Shown piece after piece: positions 50,072 through 59,591 of a stretch of DNA of 64,000 nt. A program made the position numbers and the translations under genes. Source of the DNA: Candidatus Latescibacterota bacterium (GTDB taxonomy: Bacteria > Latescibacterota > UBA2968 > UBA8231). The stretch spans positions 992,001 to 1,056,000 of the forward strand of contig CBDETK010000013.1 in assembly GCA_965242865.1 (NCBI GenBank), written 5' to 3'. Under the pieces are notes generated by a model. It made no database searches. It had not been told where the DNA came from and saw only the letters and a program-made list of their open reading frames with translations. Within the stretch, counting starts at the first letter, position 1. Each line of letters begins with the position of its first letter.

Positions 50072-51346
50072 ATGAATAGCACCGATCTAAAAAGCCAAAC
50101 CGTGATGCTGGCCGCGTCCGGGGGCCTCGATAGCTGCACCATCACCCATTGGCTCCAGTCCCAAGGGGTAGAAGTCGTCTCCTATACCGCCGATCTGGGC
50201 CAGCCCGACGAGGAGCGCGTCGAAGACATCGGGCGGCGGATGCGGGCCTGTGGGGCGGCTGACGTGATCCTCGACGACCGCCGCGAGGCCATTTGCCGCG
50301 CTGGCATCCAACTGGTCCAAGCGCAAGCCCGCTACGAGGGGGGCTATTGGAACACCACCGGCATCGCCCGGCACGTGACCGTGGCCGGCATGTTGCCCCA
50401 CTTACAGGAGCGCGGCATCCAAGTGTTGGCGCACGGGGCCACCGGGCGCGGCAACGACCAAGTCCGCTTCCAACTGGCCGCGCAAATGCTCGCCCCGTCC
50501 ATTGCGGTGTACGCTCCTTGGCGCGACCCGGCCTTCTTGCAACACTTTGGCGGACGCCGCGAAATGATCGCGTATTGCCAAAAGCACGGCCTGCCCATAA
50601 CCGCCACCCCGGACAAGCCCTACTCCACGGACGCCAACATGCTCGGGCTGACCCACGAAGCCGGCCAACTCGAAGCCTTAGACACCGCGGCCAGCCTGAT
50701 CGCGCCCGGCATGGGCTGCTTCCCGCCGCAGGCCCCAGACCAAGCCGAGGTTTTTACCGTGCGCTTTGAACGCGGCGTCCCGGTCGCCATCAACGGCCGC
50801 GCTGTCGGCTTAGTCGCAGCCATTGAGCAGAGCAACGCCGTGGCCGGGCGGCACGGGGTCGGCATTGGCTTACACGCGGTGGAAAACCGCTTCGTGGGCA
50901 TCAAGTCGCGCGGCGTCTATGAAGCGCCGGCCCTCGCCCTGCTCGGCCAGTGCTACGAGTACTTGCTCCAGCTCGTGCTCGATCGCCGGGCGCGGCGGAT
51001 TTTTGCCGTTGTCTCGGAGTTTATCGCCGAGCAGATCTACCAAGGCTATTGGTTTGACACCGCGACCCAAGCGAGTTGGAAGCTCATCGAGCACTTTAAT
51101 CAACTCGCCACCGGAACCATTGCCGTCTCGCTCTACAAGGGCCAAGCCTCCTTTGACGCCGCCCGCGAGGTCCCGCACTCGCTTTACAGCGAGGACACCG
51201 CTTCCATGGAGGCCATCGGCGACTTTGACCACCGCGATTCCGAAGGATTCCTCGGCGTCTTGGGCGTCAGCGCCCGCGCCCTTCATCAGGCCGGGCAGAT
51301 TCCGCCGATCACCCCGGCAAAAGCGGCGCGACCTCAGACCAGATGA
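50072..51346 (+). CDS. argG: Argininosuccinate synthase
   Basis: SGGLDS, HGATGRGNDQVRF, ENRFVGIKSRGVYEAP. Confidence 0.95.
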   Translation: MNSTDLKSQTVMLAASGGLDSCTITHWLQSQGVEVVSYTADLGQPDEERVEDIGRRMRACGAADVILDDRREAICRAGIQLVQAQARYEGGYWNTTGIARHVTVAGMLPHLQERGIQVLAHGATGRGNDQVRFQLAAQMLAPSIAVYAPWRDPAFLQHFGGRREMIAYCQKHGLPITATPDKPYSTDANMLGLTHEAGQLEALDTAASLIAPGMGCFPPQAPDQAEVFTVRFERGVPVAINGRAVGLVAAIEQSNAVAGRHGVGIGLHAVENRFVGIKSRGVYEAPALALLGQCYEYLLQLVLDRRARRIFAVVSEFIAEQIYQGYWFDTATQASWKLIEHFNQLATGTIAVSLYKGQASFDAAREVPHSLYSEDTASMEAIGDFDHRDSEGFLGVLGVSARALHQAGQIPPITPAKAARPQTR

Positions 51347-52208
51347 TCTCCAGCTCGGTCAGGGCGTCGCGGTCGAGGACAGGCACTGGGGCGCGGCAAA
51401 CCCCCGAGCGGATCAACCCGCGCTTTTGTAGAATCCACTTGTAGATCGCCAGCCCGTAGAGCCGCTCGTAGTTCATCAGCGGCAGGATCCGATAAAAGCG
51501 CGCCCGCGCGGTCGCGTCGTCGCCCGCTTCGAGGGCAGCCCAGATCGCGGCCATGGCGTCGGTCACGTGACAGCCGGGCATATTGCCGCAGGCGCCGCGC
51601 CGGTATTCGTCGAGCAGATAGACCCCCCCTTTGCCCCCCAACACGCCCTTGCAGGCCGCGCCGGCCAGCGCCAGCGTGCGGCTGACCTGCCAAGGCTCGG
51701 GGACGGTCTCTTCCTTGATGTAAGCAACGCCCTCCAGCTCGCGGCACATCCGCCCCAACAGCTCGCCGCTCATGGGCGTCCCGACCGGCGCGTCAAAATT
51801 CTGTACGCAGATCGGAATCGCAACCGCGGCCGCCAACTGCTGGTAAAAGGCATAGCAGCCTGCTTGATCTACGCGCAGGACATGCGGCGGCATGGACATG
51901 ATCCCGTCGGCTCCGGCGGATTGGGCAAACTGGGCGAGGGCCACGGCCGGCACGGCATGGCCAGACGTGACCGAAGCCACGACCGGCACTCGCCCAGCGG
52001 CCGCGGCCACGACGATCTCGATCCAGCGGCGGCGTTCCTCGTCGGACAGGGTGGAAAACTCGCTGGCATTGGCCGGTCCCACCAAGCCGGTGGCTCCCGC
52101 TTCAATGCTGAAGGCGACCAAGTCCCGCAAGGCCGGTTCGTCTAGCGAGTACCCATCGGTAAAGGGGGTGACCACAATCGGCATAATTCCGCGCCACGTT
52201 TCAGTCAT
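51309..52208 (-). CDS. Dihydrodipicolinate synthase family lyase
   Basis: GIMPIVVTPF, SEFSTLSDEER, YIKEE. Confidence 0.88.
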   Translation of the reverse strand: MTETWRGIMPIVVTPFTDGYSLDEPALRDLVAFSIEAGATGLVGPANASEFSTLSDEERRRWIEIVVAAAAGRVPVVASVTSGHAVPAVALAQFAQSAGADGIMSMPPHVLRVDQAGCYAFYQQLAAAVAIPICVQNFDAPVGTPMSGELLGRMCRELEGVAYIKEETVPEPWQVSRTLALAGAACKGVLGGKGGVYLLDEYRRGACGNMPGCHVTDAMAAIWAALEAGDDATARARFYRILPLMNYERLYGLAIYKWILQKRGLIRSGVCRAPVPVLDRDALTELEIIWSEVAPLLPG

Positions 52209-52233
52209 AGAAAATCTCCTTTTAGGCAGAGAG

Positions 52234-52977
52234 TTACTCTCGGTAGGCGACTAGGCGCAGCCGCCAGTAGTCGGCGCACCAGCCCCCAGCGCCGTACAAT
52301 GCCGGGCGGACGGCGTCCTCCACCGCTGCCAACAATTCTTCGCGCTGCGGCGGAGGGACGCCTGCAATAAGCGGCGCGGCAAACATCTCCAGCCAATCGC
52401 GCAACCCGCTCTCGCCGGCGAGGGGCGTTGGACGGGGAAAGTGGCTGGCGGACGCAACGCGCAGCCCGGCCTGCTCCACGAGCTGGGCGTACTCCCCCAA
52501 GCGGGGAAAATACCAAGGCCATGGCGGATAAAAGCCCCGAGCGGCCAACTGGTCCGTCAGCCCTCGGCTGATGGTGGCCACGTTCCGCGCCCCGCCCAAC
52601 TCGGCGACCAAACGACCGCCCGGCTCCAGCCCGGCGGCAATCCGCGCAAGCGCAGCCTCCGGCGGCTGGACCCAGTGCAGCACTGCGTTGGAAAAGACCG
52701 CATGGAACGGCTCGGCAAAGGAAAAATCCCTTGCATCGCCGACGGCGAAAGACAGGTTCGGGAACTGTGCGCGGGCCGCGGCGACCATCTCGGCCGATCG
52801 GTCGAGGCCAACGACCTCAGCCCCGGCCGCGGCAATTTGGGCGCTCAGTTGACCCGTGCCGCAGCCCAAGTCGAGGACGCGCTCGCCAGCTTGGGGGTTC
52901 AAGACCTCCACTAAGTCGGCACCGGCCGCGGTGACATAGTGGTGGTTGGCTTGGTAGCGTTCGGGGTGCTGGAACAT
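52234..52977 (-). CDS. Class I SAM-dependent methyltransferase
   Basis: VLDLGCGTG, FSNAVLHWV, ADYWRLR. Confidence 0.9.
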   Translation of the reverse strand: MFQHPERYQANHHYVTAAGADLVEVLNPQAGERVLDLGCGTGQLSAQIAAAGAEVVGLDRSAEMVAAARAQFPNLSFAVGDARDFSFAEPFHAVFSNAVLHWVQPPEAALARIAAGLEPGGRLVAELGGARNVATISRGLTDQLAARGFYPPWPWYFPRLGEYAQLVEQAGLRVASASHFPRPTPLAGESGLRDWLEMFAAPLIAGVPPPQREELLAAVEDAVRPALYGAGGWCADYWRLRLVAYRE

Positions 52978-52992
52978 AGCAGTTCTACATCG

Positions 52993-53061
52993 TTCAAGAC
53001 TGGATTCCCGCCCCGTGTCGGAGCACGGGGTGACGTTCTTTTGCGGGAATACGGGGTGACG
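52993..53061. repeat. Nested REP/dRS3-like repeat
   Basis: TTCAAGACTGGATTCCCGC is the exact reverse complement of part of 33055-33094; inner CCCCGTG..CACGGGG hairpin. Confidence 0.7.
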
Positions 53062-53203
53062 TCCGTTTGCGAGAATGATGCCTCCTAGGCAAAACATTGT
53101 GGTTGCAGCGTGGAGGCTCGCCTGCAAGCAAACGCACCGGCATCCGGCCCGCCCAACGCCAACCAAGGCACCGACCGCAAGGGAGCCTATCTTGCGGCTC
53201 GGT

Positions 53204-54448
53204 TCAAAACCGCAAGGTAACTCTGGCCGACCAGTTCCCTCGGGCGTCTGGCACCAGACCTACCGAGAAGCGGTCAGACTCCGGGGGCCTGCGAAACAAC
53301 TCGGACGCCAACGTGGCCGTGACAGGCAAAGTGATCATAACGAGCCCAATGGCACTGTATGGGTCCAAAATTCGATAGCTGTGGACTAGTGCAGCACTGA
53401 TCCCAATCCCTAAGAAGCTGCCGCCTATTGAAAAGACCAAGGATCGATAATAATCGTGTCTATCAAATAAGCTGGTCCCGAGCCCCACTCCAATCGGATA
53501 GCCAACCCAAGCGACAGTAGCGACCCGGTCAGAAGTCAATGTTCTCACCCCCACAAAGACAGCACTACCCATAAGAGTACCAACGAATAACTTACCCGCA
53601 ACTCGACCGACCAACTTGGAGCGTTGACTGGCCAAGTGTATATAGGGTACGTTCCCATAATCTCCGGCAATGGCGGCCCTATCCGAACCCGGCGGAAACG
53701 TCAGCCGAAACTGATACCCATAAAAAGGGGACATTCTACCCCTGCGATATATCCCAATCAGGCCGTAGGTGGCCGCCAGAGAATCCAACTCGGCGATCCC
53801 TGTAACCGGCGTCTCCTCGTCAGCCGCCGCCAACAGAGCCGAAATCACCGCCTCGTGCTCTCCACTGATATGAATCGCAATCTCTTGTCTCTCAAATGGT
53901 TGGTTCATCGGGGATGCGATTTTTGTTTCGCGTTGATGGGTCGGCTTCCCGCAGTTGGCAAAGGCAAGAGCGTCCATCCTGACGAACCCACCTCGTTTAG
54001 CATACACGCACCGCAAGCCATCTCGTATCGCGGCGTGAGATACATCGGCTCGCCCGCCCCGCTCAACGACAACGCCATACCAATCCGCCCCCCACGAACC
54101 TGCATCCGCCGAACGAAAGACGATGCCCCCGGCATGCGCCGCCAGCCGCCCTTCGACGGTCAGTTCCGCACGGGTCGAGTCCAAGCCGCCTCGGGCATCA
54201 TCGCGGTAGGGCAGAAAGAGAACCTGCGTATTGGGAGCCAGCGTCAAGGTCGCCGTGGCTGCAATCGTCACGTCGCCGCCGACATACACCGTGTCGCGCC
54301 ACGTGGTGTCCTGTTCGATCCGACCCGTCCAGTAGGCCGGCTCGGTGGCGTCGCTGGCCACAGCACCAACTCCCAACAGGAGCAGGACGAACCACAGCAC
54401 TTGATGCCGCCGATATTGGATAGGGAGGAAATTTGTATGCTGGCTCAT
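53204..54448 (-). CDS. Mosaic exported/membrane protein (beta-helix-like N-terminus, Gly-rich TM C-terminus)
   Basis: Signal peptide, GRIEQDTTWRDTVYVGGDVTI, hydrophobic C-terminal helices ending VTLRF. Confidence 0.7.
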   Translation of the reverse strand: MSQHTNFLPIQYRRHQVLWFVLLLLGVGAVASDATEPAYWTGRIEQDTTWRDTVYVGGDVTIAATATLTLAPNTQVLFLPYRDDARGGLDSTRAELTVEGRLAAHAGGIVFRSADAGSWGADWYGVVVERGGRADVSHAAIRDGLRCVYAKRGGFVRMDALAFANCGKPTHQRETKIASPMNQPFERQEIAIHISGEHEAVISALLAAADEETPVTGIAELDSLAATYGLIGIYRRGRMSPFYGYQFRLTFPPGSDRAAIAGDYGNVPYIHLASQRSKLVGRVAGKLFVGTLMGSAVFVGVRTLTSDRVATVAWVGYPIGVGLGTSLFDRHDYYRSLVFSIGGSFLGIGISAALVHSYRILDPYSAIGLVMITLPVTATLASELFRRPPESDRFSVGLVPDARGNWSARVTLRF

Positions 54449-55049
54449 AATGCCGTTAGCTCCACCGGGTAATACCGCCCCACTCCGCTGGGCATACAGA
54501 CAACGCAGCCCCTCTCGAATATGATGCGGCGGGCGTTGCCTTCTTGTCGAAGTAGTGAACATTCTCGACGACCTCCCCGCCGGTGCGGCTACGCAACTCA
54601 AGGCGTGTGCCGGGCGGGATGTCCGCGTCCCACTCGACCGACGTCAGGGCCTTGGCCGCGCCCCACGCTATACCAGCCAGTCGCTGCCGCAATTTGCTAT
54701 CTGTTAATGCCTCCCACTAAAGAAAGTTCTGAGAAGAAGGAAGAACCAACAGATAGCAAATTGCCAAACCACGCCGATATTGACGTGCTGGCCGAACTTC
54801 GCAGACACTGGGAACGCCAAGATTCGCAAAAAAGCCACAATTCGCACAATTCGTCCCCAGCTAAACCCACGCCAGAGACCAAAATCGTTTATGCGCTTGA
54901 CCCGTAAGCGATTTTGACGCCTCAAGCTGTACCAGCCAGCCGCAGAAACAAACAGATTGACAAAAGCGGCTGCGTGAATAGTCTCTATGGACAAGGCCCG
55001 CTCAAAGCGAGTGTCGCGCCATTAACCCCTTCATAAAGGAGAAACGACC

Positions 55050-55997
55050 ATGTCAAAATCCCTCAAAACCCTGCTCGGGTTCGCCCTCTTGGGCTTCGTC
55101 GGTGTTTGGATGGGCTGCTCGTCCGACACCTCGCCCGTAGCCCCCCAAGCTGCCGGCAAAACCCACCTGACCGCGCAAGACCCAGTTGTTGACCTATCAG
55201 AGCCAGACGATCCAACAACGACCCCCGTTGCGTTTGCCGACTCCAATCTAAAAGCTGCGGTGGGAGAGGCACTCATGGCGGCGTTGAATATCCCGTCTGT
55301 GCCTATCCCGATCACCGTGGCGCAAATGGATTCCCTGACCACGCTCAACGCGCGTGATAGAGGCATTCAGAGCTTGACCGGCCTCGATTACGCTACGAAT
55401 TTGGACACGCTGGATCTGGGCGGCAACCAGATTACGGATGTGAGTCTGCTGGGCTACCTGACCAAATTGGAATGGCTGTCTCTGAGCGGCAACAGCATTA
55501 CGGATCTGAGTCCGCTGACCAGTCTGACCAAGTTGGAAGTCCTGAATCTGAACTTCAACACGATTTCGGATCTGAGTCCGCTGACCAGTCTGACCAAGTT
55601 GGAATCCCTGCATCTGTACGCCAACTCGATTTCGGATGTGAGTCCATTGGCCAATCTGACCAACTTGAAACGCCTGACTGTAACTGGTAACCCTCTTGAG
55701 GGGAAGGTTACTCCGTTGGCCAGTCTGACCAAATTGACATGGCTGAAGTTGAACGACACCGGGATTAGGGATAGTGGTCTGAGTACGTTGGCGGCCAGTC
55801 TGACCAAATTGACATTCCTAGACCTGAGCTCCAACACGATTTCAGATCTGAGTCCGTTGACTTGTCTGCCCAACTTGGAACGGCTGGGGATGAGAAAGGT
55901 CAACGACGGCTCTGGTCCTGGTAATAAGTATGTGGCTACTACTAGTAACATACATATCAGATACTTGATAGACAGAGGCGTCACAATAAATTGGTAA
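55050..55997 (+). CDS. Internalin-like leucine-rich repeat lipoprotein
   Basis: Lipobox WMGC; 22-aa LTKLExLxLxxNxISDLSPL repeats (66-bp period). Confidence 0.92.
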   Translation: MSKSLKTLLGFALLGFVGVWMGCSSDTSPVAPQAAGKTHLTAQDPVVDLSEPDDPTTTPVAFADSNLKAAVGEALMAALNIPSVPIPITVAQMDSLTTLNARDRGIQSLTGLDYATNLDTLDLGGNQITDVSLLGYLTKLEWLSLSGNSITDLSPLTSLTKLEVLNLNFNTISDLSPLTSLTKLESLHLYANSISDVSPLANLTNLKRLTVTGNPLEGKVTPLASLTKLTWLKLNDTGIRDSGLSTLAASLTKLTFLDLSSNTISDLSPLTCLPNLERLGMRKVNDGSGPGNKYVATTSNIHIRYLIDRGVTINW

Positions 55998-56039
55998 CTG
56001 ACGCATAAGGCGCATTCGGCGCCCACCGTCGTCATATTT

Positions 56040-56089
56040 GGGAATTATATACTTGACTTTGCTTGATCAAGTACAAGTATATAATTCCC
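56040..56089. repeat. AT-rich 16-bp perfect inverted repeat
   Basis: GGGAATTATATACTTG-18 nt-CAAGTATATAATTCCC. Confidence 0.8.
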
Positions 56090-56093
56090 TTAC

Positions 56094-56227
56094 TTACTCC
56101 TCGCGTACCAACGCCTTAATCGCGCCCCAAGAGGATGGCCGAACCGCCGCCGCTTTGCCCGCGCCCCCGGTGCTATCCTGTAAGCCCGTAGAAGCCCCCA
56201 CGCAAGCAGTAAAGCAGTAAAGCGCAT
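56094..56227 (-). pseudogene. Internally deleted secreted-protein gene (signal peptide + C-terminal WGxIK motif)
   Basis: GAGGAG RBS, MRFTALLLAWGLL joined out of frame to GAGKAAAVRPSSWGAIKALVREE*. Confidence 0.6.
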
Positions 56228-56482
56228 CGTTCAATCTCCTCGTTTGGGATGGTAGGAAACCTTGCAAGGGGCCTTTTGTAGGGTGGCCCGCTGTGCTTGC
56301 GGAACCGCCCAACCCCAAACAAGGGTGCGCCGAAGATGACGCACACACAGATAAGGGCTTGCCGGTCAGGAAGTCAAGGCGTTTGGAGCACCAACGCCGC
56401 GGTCACCGTCGGCAACGCCCCAACGCCCCCAACGACCGCCATAATAAATTTGCCTTAAATCGCCGCCCTAATGAGCGGCCCG

Positions 56483-56923
56483 TTACCCGCCCACAGACTC
56501 CAAATACCGCGCCGCCGCCCTATGACCTTTCTTTGCCGCCCAGTTCCGCGCCATCCCGCCGAATCGGTCCGTAGCGTTCACGTCCGCACCCTGCTTAACC
56601 AGATATTTCACTACCTCCAAACGACCGTTCCGCGCCGCGAAGAACAGAGCCGTCCAGAGCCAGCGGTCGGATCTGGTATGAACCGACATACCCGCATCCA
56701 CGAACCGCTTGACAACCGTAAGGTCGCCATCCCCCGCCGCTGCAAAAAAAGCCTCCTTTGTGTAGGCGACACCCTCCTCCTCCAACTCTGTACGGGCGTT
56801 TTGGGCGTCTAGCTCCCTATGTATCGGCGCAGTGATTATCGACCCAGTGATTTCGCGCAATATCGACCTTGTTGACCCGCAGCCCAACACCAACCCAACC
56901 AACCCAACCAGTAACCAACGCAT
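56483..56923 (-). CDS. Ankyrin-repeat lipoprotein
   Basis: Lipobox VLGC; WTALFFAARNGRLEVVKYLV ankyrins. Confidence 0.88.
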   Translation of the reverse strand: MRWLLVGLVGLVLGCGSTRSILREITGSIITAPIHRELDAQNARTELEEEGVAYTKEAFFAAAGDGDLTVVKRFVDAGMSVHTRSDRWLWTALFFAARNGRLEVVKYLVKQGADVNATDRFGGMARNWAAKKGHRAAARYLESVGG

Positions 56924-56954
56924 AATAGACTCCTTTCAAATTGCCGCCGGGGGT

Positions 56955-57131
56955 GGTCGCCGCGGCTGCAATCGTCACATCGCCGCCGACATACACCGTG
57001 TCGCGCCACGTGGTATCCTGTTCGCTCCGACCCGTCCAGTAGGCAGGCTCGGTGGCGTCGCTGGCCGCGGTGCCAACTCCCAGCAGGACGAAAAACAGCC
57101 CTTGATGCCGTTTAGCGAATCCTCTGTTCAA
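56955..57131 (-). pseudogene. Truncated duplicate of the 5' end of 53204-54448
   Basis: ASDATEPAYWTGRSEQDTTWRDTVYVGGDVTIAA near-identical to 54248-54409. Confidence 0.85.
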
Positions 57132-57161
57132 AGTGGATTCTCAACCCCAGTAGGTGCTATA

Positions 57162-58151
57162 TCAGCCCAAGAGATCGGCGATGACGGCGCGTTCCTCTTT
57201 GAGCTCGTCTTCGGTGGCCTTGATTTTTGCGCGGGCGAAGTCGCTCAACTCCAAGCCCTGCACGATCTCCAAGTGGCCTTGGCTGTCGCTGTGCATGGGA
57301 AAGGAGAACATCAACCCCTCGTCAATCCCGTAGCTGCCATCCGAATAGACGCCCGCCGAGAAAAAGTCGCCGGCCGGCGTGGCGTTCTCAACGCTGGCGA
57401 TGTGGTCGAGCGCGGCATTGGCGGCCGACGCGGCCGACGACAAGCCGCGAGCCGCGATGACGGCCGCGCCCCGCTGCTGGACGATTTGGATAAATTCCTC
57501 GCGCAACCAAGCGCGGTGGCCTATGACGTCGTGCGCCGGGCGTCCCTCAATCCGCGCGTTCTCGGCATCCGGGTACTGGGTGGCGCTGTGGTTGCCCCAT
57601 ATGGCCATGTTGGTCACCGCCGCGACCTTGACCCCGGCCTTGTTGGCGAGCTGGGCTTGGGCGCGGTTTTGATCCAATCGGGTCATGGCGTGGAAGCGGT
57701 CGCGGGGGATGCCGGCCTCGTGACCGTGGGTCATGGCGATCAAGCCATTCGTATTGGCCGGATTGCCCACCACCAAGACCCGCACATCGGCCGCGGCCCG
57801 GGCGAGCGCCTGACCTTGGCCGACGAATATCGGCCCGTTTTCCCGGATTAAGTCGCCCCGCTCCATGCCGGGACCGCGCGGCTTGGAGCCAATCAGCAGC
57901 CCCCAGTTGACTCCGTCAAAGGCGACTTCGGCTCGATCGGTGATCTCGATGCGGTCGAGGAGCGGAAAGGCGCAGTCGTCGAGCTCCATGACCACGCCTT
58001 CTAGGGCTTTGAGCGCCGGAGTAATCTCCAGCAAGTGCAGCGAAATTCGGACATCGCGGCCGAAGACCTCGCCCGAGGCCAGCCGCGGCAATAGGGCGTA
58101 GCCGATTTGGCCAGCGGCCCCGGTGACGGCTACTTTCACAGTGCGTACCAT
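57162..58151 (-). CDS. mdh: Malate dehydrogenase
   Basis: [34 protein letters not shown]. Confidence 0.96.
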   Translation of the reverse strand: MVRTVKVAVTGAAGQIGYALLPRLASGEVFGRDVRISLHLLEITPALKALEGVVMELDDCAFPLLDRIEITDRAEVAFDGVNWGLLIGSKPRGPGMERGDLIRENGPIFVGQGQALARAAADVRVLVVGNPANTNGLIAMTHGHEAGIPRDRFHAMTRLDQNRAQAQLANKAGVKVAAVTNMAIWGNHSATQYPDAENARIEGRPAHDVIGHRAWLREEFIQIVQQRGAAVIAARGLSSAASAANAALDHIASVENATPAGDFFSAGVYSDGSYGIDEGLMFSFPMHSDSQGHLEIVQGLELSDFARAKIKATEDELKEERAVIADLLG

Positions 58152-58312
58152 GTATTCCTCCTGAAAGTTAAAGGCAGTTGTTAGACCGAGAAAATCTGCC
58201 AAAAAAACCCGCTCTGTGCAATGCGAGACCCGCCCTTGATCCCACCTTGCCCCGCTGATTATTCTACGAGCCTGCTTCCAATCCACGGCCCACCCACGAA
58301 AGGACGGCCATT

Positions 58313-59473
58313 ATGAGCAGCACCTTTGATCTCATCCTCCAAGGGGGGCACCTGATCGACCCTAAAAACGACCTCAACGGCCCAGCCGATATTGCCATCA
58401 AAGACGGGCTAGTCGCGGCGGTTGCCGACCGCATCGAGGGCCGTTCCGCCAAGGTCATCGACGTGTCCAACCTCTATGTCACCCCGGGCCTGATCGACAT
58501 TCACGTCCACGTCTATGGGGGGTATCAAGGCTGGCTCTTTCCCGATCCGCACGCCTTACCCTGCGGGGTGACCACCGTAGTAGATACCGGCGGGGCTGGC
58601 TGGAAGGATTTTGCCGACTTCAAGCACTCCATCATTGACCCCGCTCAGACCCGCGTCTTGGCCTTTGTCAATATCGTCGGCGCGGGCATGACCGGCCCGC
58701 CCGAACAAGACGTCCGCGAAATGGACCCCACGCGCTGCGCCGCGGCCATTGAGCAATACCGCGATTGCGTCGTCGGCGCCAAGTCCGCCCATTTTGGCGG
58801 CCCGGGTTGGGAGTCGGCTGGCGGCGCGATCGCCGCGGCCCGCCAAAGCGATTCCATCGCCATGATCGACTTCGCCCCGCAACCCACTCGTTCGTACGAA
58901 GAATTGCTCGACCGCATGAGTCCCGGGGACATCCACACCCACCTCTACGCCGCCCACATTCCCCTGCTCGACGCGGACAACCGGGTCGCCGACTATGTGC
59001 GCCACTCCCGCCAGCGCGGCATCGTCTTCGACACCGGGCACGGCAACGGCTCCTTCTGGTTTCGCATTGCCGTGCCCGCCATGGCCCAAAACTTTCCCCC
59101 AGACACCATCAGCACGGACTTACACAAGGCCAGCCGCATGCTGCCCAACGCCACCATGCCCATAACTATGTCCAAGTTCCTAAACCTCGGCATGCCGCTC
59201 CAAGAGGTCGTCTATCGCTCAACCCACAAACCGGCCGAGGTCATCGGACGCCCCCAGCTGGGCCACCTCAGTATTGGGGCCGAAGCCGACCTAGCGGCTT
59301 TTGCCCTGCACGAGGGGGATTTTGCTTTTGTCGATTCCGGGCGGGCGCGCCTGGCCGGCCGGCAAAAACTCGAATGCGAACTAACGCTGCGCGCTGGCCA
59401 AGTCGTCTGGGACCTAAACGGCCGCAGCCTAGTGGATTGGGACGAGGCCGGCGAGTACCGCCGCCTCGCTTGA
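58313..59473 (+). CDS. Amidohydrolase/deacetylase family metallohydrolase
   Basis: PGLIDIHVH, DTGHGNGSF, ISTDLH. Confidence 0.9.
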   Translation: MSSTFDLILQGGHLIDPKNDLNGPADIAIKDGLVAAVADRIEGRSAKVIDVSNLYVTPGLIDIHVHVYGGYQGWLFPDPHALPCGVTTVVDTGGAGWKDFADFKHSIIDPAQTRVLAFVNIVGAGMTGPPEQDVREMDPTRCAAAIEQYRDCVVGAKSAHFGGPGWESAGGAIAAARQSDSIAMIDFAPQPTRSYEELLDRMSPGDIHTHLYAAHIPLLDADNRVADYVRHSRQRGIVFDTGHGNGSFWFRIAVPAMAQNFPPDTISTDLHKASRMLPNATMPITMSKFLNLGMPLQEVVYRSTHKPAEVIGRPQLGHLSIGAEADLAAFALHEGDFAFVDSGRARLAGRQKLECELTLRAGQVVWDLNGRSLVDWDEAGEYRRLA

Positions 59474-59591
59474 GACCTGCACGGCCCCTTGCAAACGACT
59501 TGACGCAGTATTGTTCCTTATGTACAATTAGGAAGTTTCGCCTACACCTGCATACGATCTGCCGCGCTGGCAGCTCCTTTGGACGTCAAAG

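Noticed and set aside
54704-54994. 96-aa minus-strand ORF between the mosaic gene and the LRR gene
   Set aside because: No recognisable motif and competing short ORFs in other frames; cannot be supported as a gene.
55440-55880. 66-bp periodic repeats
   Set aside because: Fully explained by 22-aa LRR coding units.
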